From contig JAGWAZ010000003.1 of NCBI GenBank assembly GCA_021296135.1, positions 2,596 through 66,595 of the forward strand: 64,000 nucleotides of DNA, written 5' to 3'. Positions 29,718 to 40,229 of this stretch are shown here, piece after piece (position 1 is the stretch's first letter; each line of letters opens with the position of its first letter). The DNA comes from Chlorobiota bacterium. GTDB lineage: Bacteria > Bacteroidota > Ignavibacteria > OLB7. The notes under the pieces are model-generated. The model was not told the origin of the DNA, did not search any database, and saw only the letters and a program-made list of their open reading frames with translations. A program made the translations under genes and the position numbers.

Positions 29718-31586
29718 ATGGACAATCTACGTGAACAACAGGAGCAACCAAGAACTTCTGGAGCGAAGACGAAAGTGAAACCGAAAGAAGAGATGACCTT
29801 TGTCAAAACGCTGGTTGCATCAATGCTGGGTTTTATGGCTGGCATTATCGGCTTGTCCATTATCTCATTGATTGGATTCCTTCTACTTCTCGGCTCTCTT
29901 TCTTCGGTTGATGGTGAGCCGACAGTTCTTGGCAACTCTCTACTCGTACTTCCTATGAAAGGGAGTATACCTGAAGTTGTTACCGCAGGATCTTTTGGTG
30001 ACATTTTTAGCAAATCCTCGATGCTTACCACGCGCGATTATCTAACGGCACTGGAGACCGCCGCGAACGATGAGCATATTGCAGGAGTATGGCTGCAGTT
30101 CGAAGGATTCTCTGGAGGGATTGCGCAAATCGAAGCGCTTGCACGGGGATTGAACAAGTTCAAGGAATCAGGGAAGTTCATCTACGCAACCTCAAATGAG
30201 GACGGCTACAACGAAGCCGAATATATTCTTGCTACCTGCGCAGACAGCCTTTTCCTTCCGCGTTCAGGCGCTATTGAGCTTAATGGGTTTTATCTCGTTC
30301 TTGAATATTACAAGCCCCTGCTCGACAAGCTGAACATCAAACCGATCATGGTTCGTGCAGGCAGGTACAAAAGTTTTGTTGAGCCTTTTACGCGCACTTC
30401 AACATCACCGGAGTATGAAGAGGTCGTGACCTCTATCATTGATGCCCGGTTTGCTCGCGGAAAACGCCTTGTAGCCGATGGTCGGAATATATCCGTAGCA
30501 GAGGTTGATTCAATCGTTGCGAACTGGCCACTGTTACGACCGGATCCCGCCTTTCAACTGAAACTTATCGATAGAATCTTGTATGACGACGAGGTTGAAA
30601 ACGTCTTCAAGACAAGGCTCTATCAGGGAGATACTTCCAGGCACCTCAGAACTATTGAAGTAGATGATTACGTAGCAGGATCTGAAGAGGATGATGATCA
30701 GGATGTGATCGCACTTGTGTACGCAAACGGTTCAATAGCTACTGGGAAAAGCGAGTACAATCCCATTTTCGGTGGTAATCAACTTGGAAGCCAGACGTTT
30801 GTTGAGGAAATGCGCAAAGTCCGGGAGAATGAGAATGTAAAGGCGATAGTACTTCGCATCAATTCGCCAGGGGGTGCCCTTCCTCCAAGCATAATGATAT
30901 GGCGCGAAGTAAAACTTGCGGCAGAGACAAAGCCGGTTATTGTTTCAATGGCAAACGTAGCGGCTTCCGGTGGATACTACATTGCCGCACCTGCTCATGA
31001 GATCATAGCCGAAGAAACGACGATCACCGGTTCAATCGGTGTTTTTGCTCTGGCTTTCAACATCGATGGCTTTTATGAGAAAACACTTGGCATCAATACT
31101 CAGGTCTATCGCACCGGACCACATGCGGATATACTCTCGCTTCTGCGCGATCCAACCCAAGTGGAGATGCGTTTTGCTGAAGCCGAAATTGATACTGTCT
31201 ACAATCAATTCCTGAATGCTGTCGCTGAAGGACGTAATATGTCGCCCCACGATGTTGACTCTATCGCGCTGGGACGTATCTGGACAGGATTGCAGGCAAA
31301 GGAGGTTGGATTAGTCGATGCAATTGGTGGACTTGAGCTCGCATTTGAACGAGCGGCTGAGAAGGCGGGTATCGATGATTATACGGTTCGCATCTATCCA
31401 GAGCCGAAGGATAAGTTTCAATTACTCCTTGAGATATTCGATATTGGAGCGCAGGGAATGGATATCCGTCAACTCCTTGAGGCGGATCATCCGATGGCAT
31501 TGCCGGGTGTACGTACGTTCATAACAAAATCATTGCAGGAGTACTCTGGTCTTCAGGCAAGACTTGTAGGCTTTAATTTTGAATAG
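29718..31586 (+). CDS. sppA: Signal peptide peptidase SppA, 67K type (two S49 domains)
   Basis: N-terminal TM, duplicated ClpP/crotonase-like S49 domains. The track start at 29706 is TTG. ATG 29718 is preferred. Confidence 0.8.
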   Translation: MDNLREQQEQPRTSGAKTKVKPKEEMTFVKTLVASMLGFMAGIIGLSIISLIGFLLLLGSLSSVDGEPTVLGNSLLVLPMKGSIPEVVTAGSFGDIFSKSSMLTTRDYLTALETAANDEHIAGVWLQFEGFSGGIAQIEALARGLNKFKESGKFIYATSNEDGYNEAEYILATCADSLFLPRSGAIELNGFYLVLEYYKPLLDKLNIKPIMVRAGRYKSFVEPFTRTSTSPEYEEVVTSIIDARFARGKRLVADGRNISVAEVDSIVANWPLLRPDPAFQLKLIDRILYDDEVENVFKTRLYQGDTSRHLRTIEVDDYVAGSEEDDDQDVIALVYANGSIATGKSEYNPIFGGNQLGSQTFVEEMRKVRENENVKAIVLRINSPGGALPPSIMIWREVKLAAETKPVIVSMANVAASGGYYIAAPAHEIIAEETTITGSIGVFALAFNIDGFYEKTLGINTQVYRTGPHADILSLLRDPTQVEMRFAEAEIDTVYNQFLNAVAEGRNMSPHDVDSIALGRIWTGLQAKEVGLVDAIGGLELAFERAAEKAGIDDYTVRIYPEPKDKFQLLLEIFDIGAQGMDIRQLLEADHPMALPGVRTFITKSLQEYSGLQARLVGFNFE

Positions 31587-31692
31587 CGCTCGTTTTTGTT
31601 ATATCTTATATAAAGTAAAGGTTTAAATGAAGGATGTACGATGATTATATCATCAGCCTTTATCCAATTATTGTCTGAGTTTATCTCTGTTT

Positions 31693-32847
31693 ATGTTGAC
31701 GACAAGTGAACAACATCGCTACAGTCGGCACATTATGCTGCCCGAAATTGGTGAAGAGGGTCAGCAGAAGCTGAAAGAGTCGAGCCTTCTCCTTGTAGGC
31801 GCAGGCGGGCTTGGCTCACCGGCGGCGCTCTATCTTGCCGCAGCAGGTGTCGGTAGGATTGGTGTTGTTGATGGAGACGTTGTCGATGAGTCTAATCTTC
31901 AGCGACAGGTTTTGTATGGTGCAAGCGACAGGGGGGAGGCAAAGGCAGAGGTAGCCGGGCGCAAGCTTTCGGATCTCAACCCGGATATCGAGATCGAGGT
32001 CCTCGCCGAAGAGTTAACCCCAGAGAACGGTGTGGAGATCGTTTCCAGCTACGACATTCTTCTCGATGGCGCTGATAACTTCTCAACCCGCTATCTTTGC
32101 AACGATCTTTCGGTTCTCCGTAAAAAGCCCCTTGTTCATGGTTCTATTTACAAATTTGAAGGGCAGGTTTCGGTCTTTGGGCTCGAAGATGGACCATGTT
32201 ATCGCTGCCTCTATCCGGAGCCGCCGTTGGAAGGAACGGTTCCAAGCTGTGGCGAGATCGGCGTGCTTGGTGTGCTCCCGGGAATTATTGGTACACTCCA
32301 AGCAACGGAAGCCATCAAACTGTTTTTAGGCCTTGGCAAATCACTCTCGGGAAGAATATTGCTGTACAACGCACTCCATATGTCCTTTAGGGAACTCTCT
32401 GTAGAGCCTGATCCTGCTTGTCCAATCTGTGGAAGAAATCCAAGCATTACAGAACTTGCAGACTATCGGTATAATGAACTTTGTTCGACACGAGATAAAG
32501 AAAACAGAAACAAGAGCAAAGAAAGAATGAGCATTCCAGCAATTACAGTCGAAGAATTAGCGCAATGGCGAGAAGAGGGAAAGCCTCACATGTTAATTGA
32601 TGTTCGTGAGCAAAATGAATATGACTTTGCAAACATTGGGGGTAGGTTGATCCCGCTTGGCGAGGTTCGGTCACGCATCAATGAGATCCCTGAGGATGGC
32701 GACGTAGTTATCATGTGTCGCAGTGGCGGCCGATCCGGACAAGCCGTAAAGATGTTAACAACAGCAGGGAGAACAAATGTCAAGAACCTGACAGGAGGAA
32801 TTCTTGCCTGGGCCGACTCAATAGATAGCTCAATTCCAAAGTATTAA
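31693..32847 (+). CDS. moeZ: MoeZ/MoeB-type E1-like adenylyltransferase fused to a rhodanese domain (sulfur-carrier activating enzyme)
   Basis: ThiF/MoeB Gly-rich motif GAGGLGS. CxxC zinc motifs. C-terminal rhodanese with a CRSGGRS active-site loop. Confidence 0.8.
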   Translation: MLTTSEQHRYSRHIMLPEIGEEGQQKLKESSLLLVGAGGLGSPAALYLAAAGVGRIGVVDGDVVDESNLQRQVLYGASDRGEAKAEVAGRKLSDLNPDIEIEVLAEELTPENGVEIVSSYDILLDGADNFSTRYLCNDLSVLRKKPLVHGSIYKFEGQVSVFGLEDGPCYRCLYPEPPLEGTVPSCGEIGVLGVLPGIIGTLQATEAIKLFLGLGKSLSGRILLYNALHMSFRELSVEPDPACPICGRNPSITELADYRYNELCSTRDKENRNKSKERMSIPAITVEELAQWREEGKPHMLIDVREQNEYDFANIGGRLIPLGEVRSRINEIPEDGDVVIMCRSGGRSGQAVKMLTTAGRTNVKNLTGGILAWADSIDSSIPKY

Positions 32848-33410
32848 CCTCGATCGCTCCAGTGTTATTTTCAGGTTAGCCTGGCTTCACCCATGTGGAC
32901 TGTAAGATTGTTTTCAGAGTAAACTTGGAGAGGTTACCGCTTTCTGATTCCGTCTGCCTGCCCACGTTAAAATTGCCTGTCGTAGCTGCACCACATCGGC
33001 AATACGACGGGACAAGTATTCTTTGGACAAGGAGGCCAACTTTATCTCGGCCATATCAGGCCATTCGTAGTTCTCACGATAAGTTATCTTATGTCACCTA
33101 ATCTAAATCCCGCAAAACTCCAGAATTTACAAAAATTTCAACCCTCACCTCCCCCCTCTCCCTAAAACATCTCTTGCACATAATAGTACACTTTAGCTGA
33201 AAGACTGTATATCATGCCTCCTTATTTAGGAGAAGATCTTAGATTATATTTCACTTTAAGCCATGCAACGTATAGAGACTCTTGAATCAAGACATTGTCC
33301 CTTCACTTTTTCTTTTACCTACACATGAAACATGATAATGTTTCACACCTCCCTTTTTGAGGAAAAAACAAAGATCGTGACTTAAATATTATGTAATCTA
33401 AGGATGTGTG

Positions 33411-33448
33411 ACAAAAAAAGGGTCGACAGGTTTCCCGGTCGACCCCCC
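33411..33448 (-). terminator. Rho-independent terminator in minus-strand orientation
   Basis: On the minus strand: GGGTCGAC-(10 nt loop)-GTCGACCC followed by TTTTTTTG. On the plus strand the hairpin is followed by A-rich sequence, so it is orientation-specific. Confidence 0.55.
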
Positions 33449-33655
33449 AACAATTAAAATATATAGTAAAATGAAATCAATGAACGAGTTCATAGCTACA
33501 GAATCGTTTAACAAATACAGAGCATCAGAACTCAACTCACGATACTTACATAGGAAAAAAACACGCTTCTGTCAAGAGTAAAGATGTAAGCGATTGTTTC
33601 GGATCGGAGCTATGGATACCCCCTGCGCCCCCTACTTTTTGAAAAAAAAGAAGTA

Positions 33656-33695
33656 TGATCTAAGAATGTCGATTAACGATGTTCGATGTAAGATT
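33656..33695. repeat. Second copy of the ATGTCGATTAACGATGTTCGAT element (25/25 identity to 29061-29085; about 45 bp related)
   Basis: Direct sequence comparison with the 29011-29100 locus. Confidence 0.7.
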
Positions 33696-33753
33696 GTAGA
33701 AGTTGAACCATTCATGCAAGCTGCTTTTAGCTCCCGACCCTCGGCTCTTAGAC

Positions 33754-33781
33754 TCTTGACCCCCGACCCTGTAATATTATT
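33754..33781 (+). promoter_or_regulatory. Putative sigma-70-type promoter TTGACC-N16-TATTAT upstream of pstC, flanked by CCCGACCCT direct repeats
   Basis: Hexamers read from the sequence. Roughly 165 nt upstream of the pstC ATG. Confidence 0.35.
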
Positions 33782-33954
33782 ATAGCATGGTAACAAGGGT
33801 TCATCCTCTTTCGGAACAAACTTGAACCTGCTGAATGCTCTATTTGCCGTAACTTCCGATCAAACTCGTTTAAGATCCTGAACAAAGCCTCTTGGTTTAT
33901 CTCATTGTAAACAGCCAATCATCTCAATATCAAGTTCTTACACAAACATAGAGC

Positions 33955-35028
33955 ATGACAGATCAACCGCAGGGAAAGCAGGCATCGCAGATCCAAAAAG
34001 CTGATACCTCATCGCTCTCTCTGGTAAAAAAAGAACGCCGTCTTGGCGAGTGGATGATCGAAAAGGGTATTTATGTAGTCTCTACTCTTTCAGTGATCTT
34101 CATTTTTCTGATTTTCGCATTTGTCACGCGAGAGGCTTCTCCAATTATCGGACACACCTTTAGTGGAGAAAGTAGTGATGCCGCATCTACATTATCGCCT
34201 GAAGATCGTACCAGAGCGCGTGAAATCGTAGGTTCCGATTATCCGATCTTGCTCCACGATTCGAAAATCGCCATCGATGCATTGCTCCACGATAAGTGGG
34301 AACCAAACTCCGCTTATCCACGATATGGTATCTGGCCAATTATTATTGGTACACTCAAATCGACATTTGTAGCCCTTCTTATCGCCGTTCCTCTCTCAAT
34401 TTTGGCAGCACTCTACACAGCCTTTTTTTCCCCTGTCAGAATTCGAGAAACTATCAAACCAATCATTGAACTTCTTGCTGGCTTCCCGTCAGTAGTTGTC
34501 GGTTTTTTCTGTTTGATTACTGTCGCAACCTTTGCTCAAACCGTTTTTGGGTTTGAATTCCGGCTGAATTCTGTTGTGGGCGGATTTGGTCTGGCCCTCG
34601 CAGTTATTCCCATAATCTATACTCTGTCCGAAGATGCCCTCCGGTCAGTTCCCGACTCTCTTCAAGAAGCTGCTTTAGCCTTGGGGGCCACAAAATGGCA
34701 AACTTCCTACCAGATCATGCTCCCTGCCGCAACACCCGGAATCTTTGCAGCCATTCTTCTGGGGCTTGGTCGTGCGTTTGGCGAAACGATGATTGCTCTG
34801 ATGGCTATGGGGAATGCTCCAATTCCCAGCTGGGATGTCTTTGATCCGGCCCGTACGTTTGCCTCGACAATCGGTGCTGAGATGGGCGAAGTTGTATTCG
34901 GATCATCACACTATCATGTACTCTTCTTTCTCGGAGTAGTTCTCTTTGTCTTTTCCTTTGGTATCAACTTCATTACGGAGTTTTATATCAAAAACAAATT
35001 GATCAGGCGCTTCCGGGGGAATGAGTGA
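33955..35028 (+). CDS. pstC: Phosphate ABC transporter permease PstC
   Basis: Multi-TM protein with the ABC permease EAA-like loop. First gene of pstCAB-phoU. Confidence 0.8.
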   Translation: MTDQPQGKQASQIQKADTSSLSLVKKERRLGEWMIEKGIYVVSTLSVIFIFLIFAFVTREASPIIGHTFSGESSDAASTLSPEDRTRAREIVGSDYPILLHDSKIAIDALLHDKWEPNSAYPRYGIWPIIIGTLKSTFVALLIAVPLSILAALYTAFFSPVRIRETIKPIIELLAGFPSVVVGFFCLITVATFAQTVFGFEFRLNSVVGGFGLALAVIPIIYTLSEDALRSVPDSLQEAALALGATKWQTSYQIMLPAATPGIFAAILLGLGRAFGETMIALMAMGNAPIPSWDVFDPARTFASTIGAEMGEVVFGSSHYHVLFFLGVVLFVFSFGINFITEFYIKNKLIRRFRGNE

Positions 35029-36140
35029 TGGAATCCAGACGCAAGATCATCGGCTTTTTTGCACATGGGCTTCCATTACTTGCCACACTCCTTGTACTGG
35101 CAGTTATCGGAGTAATCATTGCCAACTTTGTGATCGGTGGAGTTCCGGCCATGAGTTGGGAATTTTTGACTGAGGCTCCAAGAAATGTTAATACCGAAGG
35201 AGGTATATTTCCGGCAATCTACGGCACTGTACTTCTCGTTTTTATCATGACAATCGCAGCGGTTCCTATCGGAACTATTACTGCGATCTACCTTGCAGAA
35301 TACGCGAAAAAGTCTTCCCGGTTTGCTCAGTTTATTCGTTTCGCTGTAAACACTCTTGCCGGCGTTCCCTCAATCGTCTTTGGTCTTTTTGGTCTTGGAT
35401 TTTTCATTCAAACGATCGGTGCTGGCATCGATGACTTTCATCATGCGTCAAAGATGTCCAATCTGCAGGAAATCATAGTCGTTGCTCCATCTCCGTTGGC
35501 CAACTCTGTATCGGCCCCTGTCTCTGAAGTCAAGCAATTCCTGAGAAACACCGACGAGTCTTTGTGGATTGAGCAGATACGTCGTCTCAGCCACTATCCG
35601 GATGGGGTTGATGCAGTAGTCAACACGGAACAAGTAATGACGTTCCTCGAAGCGCGCTCAGCCCCTGGCTGGGGCAAGCCAAATATTCTCTGGGCAGCTT
35701 TAACGCTTGCACTCCTAACACTTCCAGTAGTGATTGTAGCTGTTGAGGAGGCACTCCGGGCAGTGCCACAGGAGGTCCGGGCAGCAAGTCTGGCACTTGG
35801 CGCAACCAGATTGGAGACGATTCGAAAAATTGTCCTGCCGAACTCTCTTACAGGTATTCTTACAGGTTCAATTCTTGCGGTGGGACGCGGCGCCGGTGAG
35901 GTTGCTCCCATTCTCTTTACTGGTGCTGCATATTCATTAGCTGAACTTCCCGGCCTTAAGGATCAATTTATGCACCTTGGCTACCATCTTTATATCCTCT
36001 CTACACAATCAGTGAACGTTGATGATACACGTCCTCTTCAGTTTGCTACTACGATTGTTCTTCTCGGACTTACACTTGCACTGAATATGGTTGCAATTAT
36101 GATTCGCTCCCGCATCCGTCGTAAAAACAAAAAGAACTAA
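35028..36140 (+). CDS. pstA: Phosphate ABC transporter permease PstA (with a periplasmic insertion)
   Basis: Permease signature and gene order. Overlaps the pstC stop. Confidence 0.8.
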   Translation: MESRRKIIGFFAHGLPLLATLLVLAVIGVIIANFVIGGVPAMSWEFLTEAPRNVNTEGGIFPAIYGTVLLVFIMTIAAVPIGTITAIYLAEYAKKSSRFAQFIRFAVNTLAGVPSIVFGLFGLGFFIQTIGAGIDDFHHASKMSNLQEIIVVAPSPLANSVSAPVSEVKQFLRNTDESLWIEQIRRLSHYPDGVDAVVNTEQVMTFLEARSAPGWGKPNILWAALTLALLTLPVVIVAVEEALRAVPQEVRAASLALGATRLETIRKIVLPNSLTGILTGSILAVGRGAGEVAPILFTGAAYSLAELPGLKDQFMHLGYHLYILSTQSVNVDDTRPLQFATTIVLLGLTLALNMVAIMIRSRIRRKNKKN

Positions 36141-36148
36141 GCGGAATT

Positions 36149-36919
36149 ATGCTTTCGGAAAAAGAAACTGTCAAGATTGACATTAACAACCTCTCCCTCT
36201 TCTACGGTACCAAGCAGGCATTGAACGGTATTTCGATGTCTATACCTGAGAAACGGGTAACGGCTTTTATTGGACCTTCAGGCTGCGGGAAGAGCACCCT
36301 CTTACGGTCGATCAATCGTATGAACGACCTTATTGAGGGCATTACCATCACTGGCGCTATTACATTCGATGGAACAAACATCTATCAGCCCGGAATCAAC
36401 GTTGTCAACCTCAGGAAACGAATGGGCATGGTCTTCCAGAAATCAAATCCGTTTCCGAAGTCGATCTATGGCAATATCGCCTATGGACCAAAGATCAACG
36501 GGATGTCTAATAAGAAAAAGCTTGATGAGATTGTTGAAGAGAGCCTGAGAGAAGCGGCGCTCTGGGATGAGGTAAAGGATCGTCTCGATGCCTCTGCTCT
36601 TTCACTCTCAGGTGGACAACAACAACGTCTCTGTATTGCACGCGCAATTGCAGTCAATCCTGAAGTGCTCCTTATGGATGAGCCTTGCTCAGCTCTCGAT
36701 CCTATTTCAACTGACAAGATCGAAGAGTTAATTCTTAAACTGAAAGAAGATTACTCCGTTATCATCGTCACACACAATATGCAGCAAGCAGGACGTGTAA
36801 GCGACTATACTGCTTTTTTCTATCTTGGTAAGTTGATAGAATATGACAGAACTCGGACTATCTTCACAAACCCGAGCCTTCAACAGACCGAGGATTATAT
36901 TACAGGTAGGTTTGGATAG
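36149..36919 (+). CDS. pstB: Phosphate ABC transporter ATP-binding protein PstB
   Basis: GPSGCGKST Walker A, LSGGQQQR signature, Walker B. Confidence 0.9.
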   Translation: MLSEKETVKIDINNLSLFYGTKQALNGISMSIPEKRVTAFIGPSGCGKSTLLRSINRMNDLIEGITITGAITFDGTNIYQPGINVVNLRKRMGMVFQKSNPFPKSIYGNIAYGPKINGMSNKKKLDEIVEESLREAALWDEVKDRLDASALSLSGGQQQRLCIARAIAVNPEVLLMDEPCSALDPISTDKIEELILKLKEDYSVIIVTHNMQQAGRVSDYTAFFYLGKLIEYDRTRTIFTNPSLQQTEDYITGRFG

Positions 36920-37008
36920 AGTTTGTAGAGTTGAGAGTGTATAGCCTGTATGAGTGATTGTCTCTTTGCTCACTACTACCTACTAACGATTAGCTGCTAT
37001 CTGAAATA

Positions 37009-37716
37009 ATGACTTCAAAATTTGAACGTGAACTCGATAAACTTCGTTCCCGGATCATCAAGATGGGAAGTGCCGTTGATGAGCAGGTGGAGCTGGCCTT
37101 CCGTTCGTTGAATGAATGGGACGAGGGGCTTGCACTTCACGTAATGGGTCGTGATGAAAAAGTGGACAAGCTCGATATGAAAATCGAGCGCCAATGCCTG
37201 CGAATTTTTGCGCTGCAGCAACCAGTAGCAAGCGACTTGCGACTCATCATGGCAGCCTTGAACATCAACAGCGAGCTGGAGCGGATGGGTGATCTCTCCT
37301 ATAACGTCGCCAAGGCGGTCGCAACCTTGAAGCCGTCCCGTGAGATCATCGACCGTCTCGACGTCAAGCAGTTAACTGAGGCGGTTCAACACATGGTCCG
37401 ACACACAATCGACAGTTTTATTGATAGCGATCTTAATCTTGCTATTTCGGTCATGCGGAGCGATCAACGTGTTGATCAGTATGAAGAGAGGATTCGGCGT
37501 CAGACAATTGAACTGATGAAAGAGCACCCTGACCTTGTTGATGCTGGGGCGTCACTTATTATTCAGATACGGAATATGGAGCGGATTGCAGATCATGCAA
37601 CAAATATTGCTGAAGAGGTGATTTTTGTTGCCAAGGCAAAGATCATCCCGAATCGCTTTGATGAGGATCTATACGATGAACTTGAACGAGAATTACATGA
37701 AGATGAGGAGGACTGA
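37009..37716 (+). CDS. phoU: Phosphate signalling complex protein PhoU
   Basis: Duplicated PhoU helical domain. 235 aa. Position after pstB. Confidence 0.85.
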   Translation: MTSKFERELDKLRSRIIKMGSAVDEQVELAFRSLNEWDEGLALHVMGRDEKVDKLDMKIERQCLRIFALQQPVASDLRLIMAALNINSELERMGDLSYNVAKAVATLKPSREIIDRLDVKQLTEAVQHMVRHTIDSFIDSDLNLAISVMRSDQRVDQYEERIRRQTIELMKEHPDLVDAGASLIIQIRNMERIADHATNIAEEVIFVAKAKIIPNRFDEDLYDELERELHEDEED

Positions 37717-37787
37717 GCAGGGCAGATAAAGTCCGTTTGGTTTCATGAAGACCTCCATAATGTCTATCGCATTTCCTCCTGATCTCA

Positions 37788-38558
37788 TCACTCAACCAAT
37801 TCGTCTCCTTTTTTATACCTCGACTCGATGGTGCCAAACAGCCGGGCAAATCGCAGCTTCCAGACCAATCTCACCGCCTCCCATATAATCGACTTGGACA
37901 TCTTCGATACACCACTTCGTCTGTCAACAAAGACAATCGATATCTCCTTGATCTTTTTTCCCAGATTCCAGACAAGAAAATTCAATTCAATCTGGAATGA
38001 GTATCCATTGGACGTAATTCGGGAGAGATCAATCTGTTTCAGAACATCTGTACGAAAGCATTTGAACCCACCGGTAGCATCTCTTAGTGGTAATCCAGAG
38101 ACCCAATGTGAGTACACGTTTGCAAAATAACTGAGGAGCAGCCGGCTCATCGGCCAATTCACAACGTTCACACCTTTAATGTACCGTGAGCCGATGACGA
38201 GATCAGCATCCTTTATTTCTTCGAGGAATGTCGGAAGCATCTCTGGATCGTGTGAGAAATCAGCATCCATTTCCATCGCAACATCATATCGATGCTCGAT
38301 AGCATACTCAAACCCACGACAGTAGGCAGTTCCAAGTCCCATCTTCTTTGGTCGCTGCATCAGATGCACACGACTGTTCTCCTTTTCGATGGTTGCAATG
38401 TATTCCCCTGTACCATCAGGAGATCCATCATCAACAAAAAGTATCTCAACCCGTGGATCGACCTCAAGGACTTTACCGATCAACGTCGGTACGTTATCTA
38501 TTTCATTATACGTCGGGATGATCACCAACGCTCGATCTACAGTTAATTGCTCCGGCAC
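37788..38558 (-). CDS. GT2 polyprenol-phosphate glycosyltransferase (dolichyl-phosphate mannosyltransferase / GtrB-like)
   Basis: IIPTYNE...DDGSPDGT...DADFSHDP motifs. 256 aa. Confidence 0.75.
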   Translation of the reverse strand: MPEQLTVDRALVIIPTYNEIDNVPTLIGKVLEVDPRVEILFVDDGSPDGTGEYIATIEKENSRVHLMQRPKKMGLGTAYCRGFEYAIEHRYDVAMEMDADFSHDPEMLPTFLEEIKDADLVIGSRYIKGVNVVNWPMSRLLLSYFANVYSHWVSGLPLRDATGGFKCFRTDVLKQIDLSRITSNGYSFQIELNFLVWNLGKKIKEISIVFVDRRSGVSKMSKSIIWEAVRLVWKLRFARLFGTIESRYKKGDELVE

Positions 38559-38669
38559 GATCGATTACGATTTATGTTCAAGAAATTAATTACCAATGAG
38601 TCACACAACCGACCTCAGATCAAGAAAAGCTCCTCTTCCTTCCTTCTTCCTCACCTCTTCTCTCATCCC

Positions 38670-40229
38670 TCACGCTTGACCTTTCCGCTGCAACACCCGC
38701 AGAATTGTTCTGAAGATGATCTCGACATCAAGTCTGAGCGACATGTTTTCAATGTAGAAGAAGTCATGGCGAATTCGTTCCCTCACAAATTCAACGTTCT
38801 CAACAATTTTTCCTGCCTGTACCTGATTCCACCCTGTCAATCCCGGTTTTACTCGTAGTCTTCGGGGATAGGCCGGCAAGAGTTTGGTGTATTTTTCAAC
38901 ATAAAAAGGTCGTTCAGGTCGCGGCCCGACAATGCTCATGTCTCCCTTTAACACATTCCAGAATTGGGGGGCTTCGTCAATGTGGAGCTTCCGGAGAATT
39001 TTGCCGAGTGGGGTAACTCGCGGATCATTCTGAGTGGTCCAACTTATACCCTCTTTCTCGGCATCGGTTTGCATTGAACGAAACTTGTACATGGTAAAGA
39101 TTTTTCCACCAAGTCCAACACGCTTCTGCAGATACAAAATCGGACCGAAGTCTATCAGTTTGATAACAATTGCAGTAATGACCCACAAAGGCAGCCCGAC
39201 CAAAAGTATCATTGATGAAAAACCGATATCCAGAAGACGCTTCAGATGCTGTTCCCAAACCGGCATGATTTGAGGATTCACTTCGATCAGTGGTATGCCA
39301 TAAAGGTGATGTGCTCGCGCCCTTCCACTTACAAGATCATAGAGGTCGGGGATGATTTTGATTGTAGTATAAGAGACTGCCGTTTCCGTCATGAGCTGCA
39401 ATACCAGATCGCGTTCATGCTCCATTCCGAGCACAGAGACCTCAACGTTATGCTTCTGAATTATCTCATTAAGATCATCAACCGTGCCAAGTGCGTATTG
39501 CGCAAAAGCCTGAGAAACCTGTTGGTTTGTACGTACTGTACCAACAACTTGGTAGCCGAGTTCAGGGGTCGCTCTAAAGAGATCGAGAAGTTGACGACTC
39601 CGTTGAGAATCCCCGATGATGATTGCTTTACGAAGACCGATCCCCCTTCGTCGAAGCCCCTTGACTACAGTGCGGACGAAAACCCTGCCAAACCCAACAC
39701 ATCCTGAGACTAAGAGAAAGTAGAGGAGTAACGTTAAAAGGCGATAGCTACGCTGACCACTTGGAATTGACTCGGTTCCAAAGTAAACAGCTACAACAAG
39801 GAAGAGAAAACCGAACAGAATAACCTTCAAGACAGAATAGTATTCGTCAAAGAGGGCACGATTGTGAACGTTAATGTAGACCCCTGCAAACCAGAAGAGG
39901 AACATCCAGCACATCACAGCAAAGACGGCCGTGGTCATTGCAACAACAAACGGATATCCTTCAATGTCTGATAAGAGGCCGGAGTGAATACGCACTACGT
40001 AGAAAAGAGCACCTGAAAGGAGCAAGGCAAACACATCGGTAAGAACTACGAGTGAATGTACACCTTTAGGCGACTTGACAAATGCAAGTACGGAAGCGAC
40101 CACTCCTTTTCTGGAGTGTACTTCTGCATTTTCAGCCGTGATATTGTGCGTTACTCCATGCATTCCAGGCGTTAATTCAATCGAGTTAATGCTTGATTCG
40201 CGGACTAGTCCACATGGCAAGTCCTTCAC
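38670..40229 (-). CDS. Polyprenyl glycosylphosphotransferase (WbaP/EpsB-type priming sugar transferase)
   Basis: N-terminal TM segments. C-terminal bacterial sugar transferase domain (ILYLQKRVGLGGKIFTMYKFRSM). Confidence 0.8.
   Translation of the reverse strand: MKDLPCGLVRESSINSIELTPGMHGVTHNITAENAEVHSRKGVVASVLAFVKSPKGVHSLVVLTDVFALLLSGALFYVVRIHSGLLSDIEGYPFVVAMTTAVFAVMCWMFLFWFAGVYINVHNRALFDEYYSVLKVILFGFLFLVVAVYFGTESIPSGQRSYRLLTLLLYFLLVSGCVGFGRVFVRTVVKGLRRRGIGLRKAIIIGDSQRSRQLLDLFRATPELGYQVVGTVRTNQQVSQAFAQYALGTVDDLNEIIQKHNVEVSVLGMEHERDLVLQLMTETAVSYTTIKIIPDLYDLVSGRARAHHLYGIPLIEVNPQIMPVWEQHLKRLLDIGFSSMILLVGLPLWVITAIVIKLIDFGPILYLQKRVGLGGKIFTMYKFRSMQTDAEKEGISWTTQNDPRVTPLGKILRKLHIDEAPQFWNVLKGDMSIVGPRPERPFYVEKYTKLLPAYPRRLRVKPGLTGWNQVQAGKIVENVEFVRERIRHDFFYIENMSLRLDVEIIFRTILRVLQRKGQA

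Noticed and set aside
28780-33950. Possible IS element or integrated mobile element
   Set aside because: No transposase, integrase or recombinase ORF is present and no terminal inverted repeats were found. Only short direct repeats are present, reported separately as findings.
35594-35940. Several 60-105 aa ORFs on both strands inside pstA
   Set aside because: They are embedded in, or antisense to, the well-supported pstA CDS. Their Ala/Arg/Pro-rich composition reflects locally high GC.
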